Below, one piece after another: positions 10,301-19,283 of a DNA stretch of 64,000 nt (position 1 is its first letter; each line of letters begins with the position of its first letter). Under the pieces are notes generated by a model. That model had not been told where the DNA came from and searched no databases. It was given only the letters and a program-made list of their open reading frames with translations. The translations under genes and the position numbers were made by a program. The DNA comes from Phaeosaccion multiseriatum (lineage: Eukaryota; Protista; Ochrophyta, other classes). The DNA lies in assembly GCA_965112735.1 (NCBI GenBank), contig OZ218950.1:6448001-6512000 (forward strand). The letters run 5' to 3'.

Positions 10301-13133
10301 TCGTCCTTGCACTTGTAGCCCTGGCTGGCCCTTGCCTTCTCGTCTGCGTAGTGGAGCCGAAGGAGGTGGGGGGCGTGCAGCAGTTGAAGTAAGAAAAAAA
10401 AGAGGTATGTGTGTGTGTGTGTGTGTCGAAGTGAGAAGAAAGAGCAGGGGTGGGGTGGTTACGTACGTTGCTGCTGTTGATAGATGGAGACAATGCCCTT
10501 GCAGTCACATGAACGCCGCCTGTGTGCATCCTCTGCCGCCTCCCTGCTCCTCGCCTGGAGGAGGTCCTGCTTGGCCGGGCACCCCTCCGGATCGTCCTTG
10601 CACTTGTAGCCCTGGCTGGCCCTTGCCTTCTCGTCTGCGTAGTGGAGCCGAAGGAGATGGGGCGTGCAGCAGTTGAAGTAAGAAAAAAAAGAGCTATGTG
10701 TGTGTGTGTGTGTCGAAGTGAGAAGAAAGAGCAGCAGCTGGGCGGTGACTGACGTACTTTGCTGCTGTTGATAGATGGAGACAATGCCCTTGCAGGCACA
10801 TGAACACCGCGAGTGTCCTTCCTCTGCCGCCTCCCTGCTCCTCGCCTGGAGGAGGTCCTGCTTGGCCGGGCACCCCTCCGGATCGTCCTTGCATTTGAAG
10901 CCGTAGCTGGCCACTGCGTCCAGGCGTATGTTCAGGGGCCGAGGGGGGGTGGGGCGTGCAGCAGGTAGTTGAAGTAAGAAAGAAAGAGTTACAAAGAAAT
11001 GAGGGACTAGAAGTGGGAAGAAAGAGCAGCAGCCGGGCGGTGACATCCCTCTTTCTTGAAGAGCAATGGACACGATGGTCTGAAAGTCACACAACACACC
11101 TACAAAACACCCACCCACACACACACACACCCCCACACACACACACCCACCCACCCACACACCCACCCACACCCACCCACCCACCCACCCACACACCTAC
11201 CCACACAGCCACACACACGGCTACACAGCTACACACACCCACCCACCCACCCACCCACCCACCCACCCACCCACACACACACCTACCTACACAGCTACAT
11301 ACACACCCACACACACTTCACACACCAAAGGTGGACGCATGTTTTACTCACCAGCTTCGCAGGGGGGCTCGTAATGACACTTCTCCTCTGCGGTTGACCA
11401 CACACTCACTGAGGAAGCATTGGGAACGAGGGCCAGCAGCTTGTCCCGCAGGGCAAGCTTATCGCCTTCGTCGTGGCAGACCGCCTTGACGTCCCCGTTG
11501 ACCTGGTGTTGCGGTTCCCCGGTAAGCTCCAGTGGGGCAGTCAAGTTGGTGAGGTTGGGGAAGACGCGAGCAATGGCCTCGGGGCGGGCAAAGCCGAGGG
11601 ACCCAACTCTGCCTGGTCCCTTGCTGACGGCAAGGCTTGTCACGCGGAGGAGGGCTTGCCCCCAGGTAACAAGTCTCCACCAGGCAAGCGGGTCCAAGCC
11701 GGAGAAGGTGAGCGAGTGAACGCGTCCGTTCGAGTGCACCACTCCGAGCACTTTCTCCATGAGATGGGGTGTCAGCTGACAGTCGGAGAAACGCCTCGAA
11801 AAGATGGACGAGATGCTGTGGCACCTGGTCGGCGGAGAGGGCGCACAGAAGGTCGACGGCCTTGTCCACGTGTCCTGCCTCGCATAGGCTGTTGATGCAG
11901 GCGGAGACGGTGAGGCCGCGCATCGACGCAGGGATGGGGTCGAAGCGGCGCAGAAGCATGTCGGGTTGGAACTGGGGAGCCTGCTCCGCGCCCGCGGTGA
12001 CCGCCAGTGCTTGGACGACATGCCCGACGGCCTCTCGATCAGCCTCGTTGAGAAGCTGCGCCAGCCGCATCACCGCCACAGCCTCCAGAGCAGCCAAGAG
12101 CCAGCGCCACCAACCCGAGGGGTTGATGGTTAGGAGGAGGAGCAGGCCATCCGCTGCCACGCGGATGGCCTCGCGAACGAACGCCGTGCGGCCCAGCGCC
12201 ACAACCACCTGAAGGTGGAGAAGGGCCAGCAAGTGCCGCAGCATCCTGCCGCCAAGGGCTACCAGGTCTTCTGGCAGGTGGTTGGTGTTGCGTCGGGCCA
12301 CCCTGTACTCAACCCCTCCCTCTCTGTCATTTCTCTCCTCCACGCGGCAGACGGGCACGGGAATGAGGTTCACCACCACATTCTTGTCAACCTCATTCAC
12401 GCGGCGCCACTCATGGAAGGGAGCGCCGCCCTCGTCCCACGACAGGTGCGATACGTAGTCCGACACGTAGCAGGTGACACGCCCCCAGTCGCCGAGGTGG
12501 CCAACAAAGAGTAGGGGCCCATCCGTGGCCCCATCCGTCGGTCCACACGGCGTGGGGATGCCAGGGGAAGCCATCAGGGTGGGGCCCACGACAAGCTCAA
12601 CGTACTTGTCCGCCTTGGCATCGCCGCTCGCCGCGGGGTTGTTGTGACCCCATTCCTTGAGCTGCTCCGCCCCCTGCACCGTCGTGTGGGCCCAGGGCTT
12701 GCTCCCGGGTTGGTGCACAGTGGATGCCCCTAGGCGCAAGCGGTAGCACCGTGTGCCGTTGGACAACAGCTCGCCATCGCCAATGGAGAGCACCTTGGAG
12801 ACGAGACGGGCGTTCGATGGCTTCCACCCGCCACACTTGCCGGCTGGAGGGGTGCCTCCAACATCGCTGCTGCTGGGGAGGGGCAGAAGGAGAGAAGAGA
12901 CAGGGAGAGAGAGAAAATCACAAAATTGTACGTGGCTTTGGCAGTTGGGGCATATCGATCGAAGAGACAACAGAGGGCAAGGGGAAGATGAGAAGTAGAC
13001 CCCATTTCTTGCCTCACCTGGCAGATGCAGCCCCCGAGCGGCTGCTGCCGCCTTCTCCCGCCCGGAGAGGCGATCGCTGCATGTCGCTATCCTCATCATC
13101 GCTGATGACGATAGTCTCCCTGTCGTCTGCCAT
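6569..13133 (-). CDS. Novel 16-exon, ~1535-aa protein: SIM, degenerate UDG-like domain, PPR/LRR-like segment, 12 x 56-aa Cys/His repeats (one exon each), poly-Asn and a duplicated C-terminal domain
   Basis: Exons 13133-13018, 12872-11825, 11775-11352, 11099-10758, then 168-nt exons 10634-10467, 10343-10176, 10048-9881, 9750-9583, 9457-9290, 9166-8999, 8872-8705, 8574-8407, 8274-8107, 7980-7813, 7687-7520, and a final exon 7398-6569. All introns are GT..AG and all phases are compatible. Total 4608 nt; no internal stop seen. Confidence 0.75.
6582..7412 (-). repeat. Nested duplications punctuated by (AAC)n/(GTT)n tracts within the final exon
   Basis: Two copies of MRISRETFP...LDLLFEV and three copies of the EKARKARGSRR segment, separated by poly-Asn runs. 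Confidence 0.9.
7399..11050 (-). repeat. Tandem array of ~290-300-bp exon+intron cassettes (12 units)
   Basis: Near-identical units. Each is a 168-nt exon followed by a 121-132-nt intron (GTACGT...(CA)n...CGCAG). Confidence 0.95.
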
Positions 13134-14220
13134 TCTCGTCAGTTTCTTGGAGGGCCTGTAACGATGGAAGTGGGGAGGGGACCGTCAGGGCAAGCCCTTC
13201 GACAACACACACGCCGACGTCAATCTGCTCTCTCGCTCGCCCCACTGTCCCTCACCTTGTGGAGGCTGCGTAGTCAGTAGTAGAGGGGGGGGGGGTTACG
13301 GCTGACCCTCCAGTCCAATGTCTGCTGCTCGTGGTGGTTGTTGGGGCGAGGGCCGTGAAACGCAAAACGGTTGCTGCCATTCATTGCAAGAGAGGACACC
13401 CAGGCGGCAGTTGGGGCAAGGAAGGGAGGGGTCGGGCGGGAAGAAGGACATGAGTTTTGGCGTCTTCACGGAGCGAACCCGCTTCTGCAAGAGGAAGCCG
13501 CCCCCGCCGACGCCTCGAAACTGTCCTCTCCTCTGCTCCTCCCTGAGAGAGGAAGAGCCGCAGCTCCGCATGGAAAGGCATCACACCACGAGTGGAGATT
13601 TCAAACCCCCTGATGGTGGTGGTGGTGCTCCGCGCAGCCCCAAAGCTCCAAAGCTCCAAACAAACAAGCCATACAGCCGCCCGGAACCCACAGCGCAAGC
13701 TGGCCCTATTTCTGGCCCAATCCACACCCTCCGCACGCAGTCATGGCCTGGTCAGGCCAAGCAACGGAAGAATCTTCCCCCCTCCCTCCGCCCCGCACCC
13801 CCCCCCCCCCCCCCCCCCACTGCTCCTTCAAGCGCCCCAAACAAACAACACAACACACAACACACAAGCCATAAGCGGCCGGCGCAGAACCGAAGCGCAA
13901 GCTGGCCCTCTTTTCTGCTAGGGGAGGGTGAAATGACCCCACTTCACCCTCCGCACCCCCCCACTTCACTCCGCGGGACTCGTACGCGAATCTAAAGAAG
14001 CAGCTTGCTGCTGCACCAAGAGCTACATACGCACCTGCTGCACTTGTCCTTGTCCTTGCCCCTTCGATTCTCCCACGTGGATCGTTGACCCTTGTCACCT
14101 TCTAAGTCCGCTCGTATTTTTGGTGAATGCTGATAGGAGGAAATTTTGACCCCAAGCCCCCCCCCCCCCCCCTTGGGTCCAGTTTCAGTTCCAAGCGGAT
14201 CAAAACGGTTGGGTCGGAGT

Positions 14221-15485
14221 GTTTTCACGAGCAGGTCCGGCTCGTGGAAGAGTTGATGCAGGGCTCACAGCGGGCTGCGGAGCTATCGATGGAAAATGGA
14301 GGCGGGAATGGACCGGCAGAATGAGAATGCGAGCAAGCAGCTCGGGAAAGGCGTGTAGTAGATGGAATGTGGCAGACAATGGGCATGAGGAGGAAAGCAG
14401 CAAAAGAGTGCGTGAGGACCGAAGAAAGGCGTCGTGTTCGCAGAGAGTGGAGGAGTAGAAGAGGAAACTGGGAAGGAGGAGAAATTTGTGCAAATGTGGA
14501 GGAGCTAAGTGGCATTGTGGCGCGTGGGGTGCATGGGGACAGGACAGGTGGGGGGTATTGCTCATCCCATTCTGTGGGCAGCAGCGGGCGAAGGAACGAG
14601 CGACAGCAGCAGCAGCGGAGACGGTCGGAAACTTGGTGAGCAGCAAGTAACGTGGTCGGGTGGGGCGCGGGCCGAGCAGCACTGGTGAGGTCGATGGAAG
14701 GGCAGATGCAGAGAGTTTGGATGAACGTGAGGCAGACTGGCTGGTGTCGTGGCGGAGCAGGAGCTGATGAAGGACTTGTAGTGCAGCGGTAGTAGCTGTT
14801 TTCACAGCAGGTCCAGCTCGTGGAACAGTTGATGCAGGGCTCACAGCAGGCTGCGGAGTTATCGACGGGAAATGGGTATGGGGGTGGACCGGCAGAATGA
14901 GGATGCGAGCAAGCAGCTTGGAAAGGTCAAAGCTGTTTCGTGTGTAGATGGTGTGTGGCAGACATTGGGCATGAGGGGGGAAAGCGGCAAGGGAGGGGGT
15001 TGTTGCGTGAGGACCGAAGAAAGGCGTTGCGTTTGCAGAGAGTAGCACAGCACGGTGATACGGCAGCATCGCGGTCTCATTAGTGTGATGGATTAAGAAG
15101 GGGAGAAGAAAATTGGTATGCTCTGTCTGGGATGGACGAGGGCGGAGGAGCAGCAGATGAGGAAGAGGAAATTGGGGAAGCAAGGAGGAGAAAGTTTTCA
15201 CGCTAATGTGGAGGAGCTAAGTGGCATTGTGGCGCGTGGGGTGCATGGGGACAGGACAGGTGGGGGGTGTTGCTCAACCCATTCTGTAGGCAGCAGCGGG
15301 CGAAGGGGCGAGCGACAGCAGCAGCAGCGGAGACGGTCGGGAACTTGGTGAGCAGCAACGTGGTCAGGTGGGGCGCGGGCCGAGCAGCACTGGTGAGGTC
15401 GATGGAAGGGCAGATGCAGAGAGTTTGAAGGACGGGAGGCAGTCTCCAGCCGCACCTCCAGCAGGAGTTGATGAAGGACTGTGCG
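14221..15485. repeat. Degenerate tandem duplication A-B-A'-B'
   Basis: 14221-14460 resembles 14799-15050. 14475-14770 resembles 15185-15485 (shared 'aatgtggaggagctaagtggcattgtggcgcgtggggtgcatggggacaggacagg'). Confidence 0.85.
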
Positions 15486-16596
15486 CTGGAGGTGCGGCTG
15501 GCTGGAGAGCTGGAAGGGCGCATTGCAAGGCTGCGGTGGCGGTGATGGAGTTCGAAGCGGCAGTGTCAGTGGTGGTGGAGCTGGTGCTGTCGTAGTTGGT
15601 GAGGAAGGCCTGTGTGGTACGCGCAAGGACATGGAAGGCAAGGGCCGCGGCTGCACGGGCAGTGGGAGTGAGCGTAGTGGTGATCGGGGCGGGTGGTATT
15701 CTTGTCGTTCGTGGTTAGGGCACGGCGACGGGAGTGGAATTAAAACAAGTGGGCAGTTGGGACCGCAAGTTGGTACGTCAGTGGCGGCAGCGTCGGTACG
15801 AAGGCAGTCGTGTGGGCTGTTGGAAGGAACCGGGGAGCCCTTTGATGGTGGTTGACGTCTCGAGGGGTTGCGCGTGAGGGATATTTCTTTCCTGTGGCCA
15901 CAACAGGGGAGTGACGAACAACATGAGGGGTGCAGCACGCAAGGAATGCATTGCTCATTGGGAGATGGCATCGGGAGTGCATGGCGCTTGCATTTCGGGA
16001 GAGACGGTAGCATTTGGTGGTGTTCTACTGTCGAAACTACCGACAGCTAGACTAGAAGCCAAGCTGGAGCCAAGCAGAAGCTAGGCAAGCACCTGGAAGC
16101 CAGCCCACACGCAGGCTGCGCTTCCTCTCTTTGTTACTGCGCTTCTGGCAGAGAGTCGAAAGAGCCAAGGGGGAGTTGTAGACAAGAACGAATCAATTCA
16201 TTGTAAAATTCACCCCTTGTGGCGTTCGTAGTTCGTCTCCAATGGAGGTTGTTTCACAAACGCAACACACGCACACATACTGCACATACCACACACACAC
16301 ACACACACACACGTCCACACACACACAAGAGAAATAGCTACCCCTCATATACACAACTTTCTCTCTCTCTCTGTCTGTCTCTGTCTAGTACACACACACA
16401 CAAACACACAAGAGGACAGGGACCGAGGTCATCTATCCATCCCTTCATCCGCCTCCCGCCCGCAAACATACACACAATGCCAAGCACAAAAAGACACCAA
16501 TAGTAGCTAATCACACCACCCTTGACGGGCCTCCTCTCTAAGCAAGCTGCTGCGTAACCTCCTTCTCCGCGTGGCTGTGCCCCTCTCTGCCTCCGC

Positions 16597-17361
16597 TCAT
16601 GTCAGATCCATGACATCCCCCCCCCCCCTCTCGCCTGCCCCCATACTGCTGGCACTGCATCCGTCCCCCTCCTTGAGTACCACCTCGTCGCCGTCCCTCC
16701 TTCTCTTCTTCCCGGCACCTCTGCCAGCGTTAGACTGGGAACAAGTCCTGCCGAGCACGAAAGGCGCCGGAGCCCCCCCCCCCCCGTTGCTGCTGCCGCT
16801 GCTGCCGCTGCTGCCACTGCCAGTGTTGCGCCGCGGAGGAGGCCCGGGCGCGGAGGACGGAGCCGCCCCCCCCCCGCTGCTGGTGGTGCTGCTGCAGCTC
16901 GTCGTCCCCCCGCTGCTGCTGCTGCTGCCCCCCCGACCCTGCGTTCCGAGCACTTCCTCCGCTTTGAGGAGTTTCTCGAGCAGCTTCTCCCGCTTCTGCT
17001 CAAGATCCGTCGAAGAAGGAACTGATGTGCTGGGGGCGCCGGTACTGGCACTGGTGCACGACAACGAGGAGGAGGAGGACGCGCTGCTGGAGACATTGTT
17101 CACAGCCCTCTCACCGTACTTAAAGTGGAAACTGCAGAAGCCTTCCACGTAGCGTTGGAAGTCTGTACACGAGTCCACTTTACATTTCTTGTGGCTCAGG
17201 CATGTGTTCTCCCCCCGTGCCCTCCGCTCGGTGCATAGCGCCCCACCGTCCAGGACGGTGGTGCATCGTTTGTCCAACGAAAGTTGCCCGGCGTGTACCT
17301 CACAGAGAGTCAACCACGTGATAGCCTTTCCACACCCCGAATGAGCACATTCCTTCTTCAT
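16597..17361 (-). CDS. Intronless CxxxGC...C..H zinc-finger protein (~254 aa)
   Basis: Three Cys3-His units (CAHSGC..LCEVH; C..LC..CLSH; CKVDSC..FCSFH), a short coiled coil, NLS KKRRR and a C-terminal VMDLT SIM-like motif. Confidence 0.7.
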   Translation of the reverse strand: MKKECAHSGCGKAITWLTLCEVHAGQLSLDKRCTTVLDGGALCTERRARGENTCLSHKKCKVDSCTDFQRYVEGFCSFHFKYGERAVNNVSSSASSSSSLSCTSASTGAPSTSVPSSTDLEQKREKLLEKLLKAEEVLGTQGRGGSSSSSGGTTSCSSTTSSGGGAAPSSAPGPPPRRNTGSGSSGSSGSSNGGGGAPAPFVLGRTCSQSNAGRGAGKKRRRDGDEVVLKEGDGCSASSMGAGERGGGDVMDLT

Positions 17362-17398
17362 TGTCACCTTGTTTTTTGTTGTTGTTTGTTTTATTCGA

Positions 17399-17762
17399 CC
17401 CCTGACACACTATCGCCCACATTCTCGATAGCGCGCTATCGGTCCCCCCGGGGACCGATAGCGCGCTATCGGCCGCGGCCGATAGCGGATAGCGTGCCGG
17501 CTGGCGCCGGCCGATAGCGGATAGCGCGCCGGCTGGCGCCGGCCGATAGCGGATAGCGTGCCGGCTGGCGCCGGCCGATAGCGGATAGCGCGCCGGCTGG
17601 CGCCGGCCGATAGCGGATAGCGCGCCGGCTGGCGCCGGCCGATAGCGGATAGCGCGCCGGCTGGCGCCGGCGATAGCGGATAGCGTGCCGGCTGCGCCGG
17701 CGATAGCGGATAGCGCGCCGGCTGGCGCCGGCGATAGCGGATAGCGGATAGTGTGTCAGGGG
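17399..17762. mobile_element. MITE-like non-autonomous element with 16-bp TIRs (CCCCTGACACACTATC) flanked by TCGA on both sides
   Basis: 17395-17414 and 17747-17766 are perfect 20-bp inverted repeats (including TCGA). The interior holds a 22-bp-arm hairpin and about 8 tandem 30-32-bp GATAGC-rich units. Confidence 0.75.
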
Positions 17763-18185
17763 TCGATCTTTTATAGTCTCATCTTTTTGGCGCCAACCTC
17801 TTGACGTCGACATTCTATGTCGAGCCGATCGACATTCATTCATCTAAACAGCCGGTTCAGCAGCGCAGCAACGGAACTTTGTTTCTCGCGGAGCAGAGAC
17901 GAGGGAGTGGGCGGGAAGCAACGAGGGCCCGAGGGGCAGTGCCGCGGGCGGCCCAGCCCCGAGGGGAGCGGCCTCTCCCCCGGGGAACATATTACTTTTG
18001 TACCAAACTTAGGAATTTAGAAGAGGAGGAGCCTTGGAGTGTGTCGCCGCCTACTGAAGCAACGGAGACAGTGCACAGGTAAGGCGGGACACACTGCCAA
18101 GGAGGAGAGGTAGATACTGGTGTAGTGGAAAGCGAGCCTCAGTCCTGGGCCCGGACAGAGAGCTTCGTGTTGGCCAAGGGGACCC

Positions 18186-18380
18186 GCCTGGTGTTGAGTA
18201 CCGGGCTCCTCGTAGACCCCGATAGGGAGACTGTGTCTGGTGTTGAGTGCCGACAGTGTCCACGGTGTTGAGTGCCGGAACTCTTCTTTTCTTTCCCTTT
18301 GCCGGTGTTGTGGGGCTCTACGGCTAAGGAGCGGTGTCTGGTGTTGAGTGCCGACCGTCTCCCCGGTGTTGAGTGCCGGC
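18186..18380 (+). repeat. Cluster of GGTGTTGAGTGCCG motifs upstream of the orphan ORF
   Basis: About 6 copies. Includes a ~44-bp double-motif unit repeated at 100-bp spacing (18236 and 18336). Confidence 0.75.
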
Positions 18381-18542
18381 GCCTCTTGCCCTCTTCGCCC
18401 TTTCCACACCACCAGCCTATCGCAGTAGGACCCCCCTGACGTCCTACTACCCTCTCCGCCTTCTCCTCTCTCTCCCGTGGCCCAATTCTTTGGGGGGTGT
18501 GGCCCACGTGCACGCCACCAGACAACCAAAGTTTTTCCTACC

Positions 18543-19283
18543 ATGTCACCTCTCGGCACTTCCTCGGACGCCAAGAGGCTCCTTCGGGTCCCTGACCACC
18601 GTCCCAACAACGGAGAAGCAGCGTTCGTCATCTACAAGGACAAGTCGTCTAAGGCTTCCTTTCGGCCAGCAATTCTGGTTCGCTCAGGGAACAGCCACTA
18701 CATGGAGGCCATCTACCACGTCCTCTCCCTCCCCACGGACGACATCATCTACGCTCAAGACGTCTGGGAGGAGTGGCTTGCGGTGGCCTCCACCAACCCT
18801 CCGAGTGAACTCTCTTCTCTGCCCACTTCACCGGCAGAGGAATCCGTTCGCTGGCACCTCGTGACCGCTTCAACGTTCACAGACCTCGCCACGGTAGGCG
18901 TTGTAGCCCAATCGGCGACTTCCGCCTCACTCCTCCACACCCTCTTCCCTACCACTTCTACCACGTCTCTTCCTGCGGGCCCCGCTCGCCTTCACCCGGA
19001 GCCCAAGGTTCAGACATCTACAACGGCGGCACTCCGCGCCGCCTCCTCTCCACCCCACCTGCCTCCCCAACCTTCCTCCCGTTCGCCTTCAGCCCCCCTC
19101 TCGGCGGCGGCCCTTCTCGCGATTCAGGAGGAGGAAGCAGCTGAGCGCGAGCATCGTCGTTTCCTTCGAGATCGTGAGCGCCACCGCGCGGAAGCAGAGG
19201 ATAAGCTCGAATACAGATGTAGACGGCAAAAAAAAGAAAAAAAAAGAAGCGGGGAGAGAGGGGAGAGAAAAAAAAATACTGGC
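18543..19283 (+). CDS. Orphan ORF, in frame with the downstream RPC1 fragment
   Basis: Open frame from ATG 18543 with a globular-looking N-terminal part (AFVIYKDK...PAILVR...YHVLSL...VWEEW) and a coiled coil. No family recognised. Confidence 0.4.

Noticed and set aside
7575-10752. Plus-strand ORFs (MCILCRLPAP...) and long unspliced minus-strand ORFs in the array
   Set aside because: These are shadow frames; their lengths depend on the intronic (GT)n phase.
7399-11050. CRISPR array or non-coding satellite
   Set aside because: Units are ~295 bp with no unique spacers, the context is eukaryotic, and the exon/intron structure explains the pattern.
14200-16013. 333-aa and 271-aa minus-strand ORFs
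   Set aside because: Pro/Ser/Leu-biased, and the duplicated blocks do not keep a consistent frame.
17481-17745. CRISPR-like 32-bp repeats or the 17466-17843 ORF
   Set aside because: Direct tandem units without spacers; the ORF is a repeat artefact.
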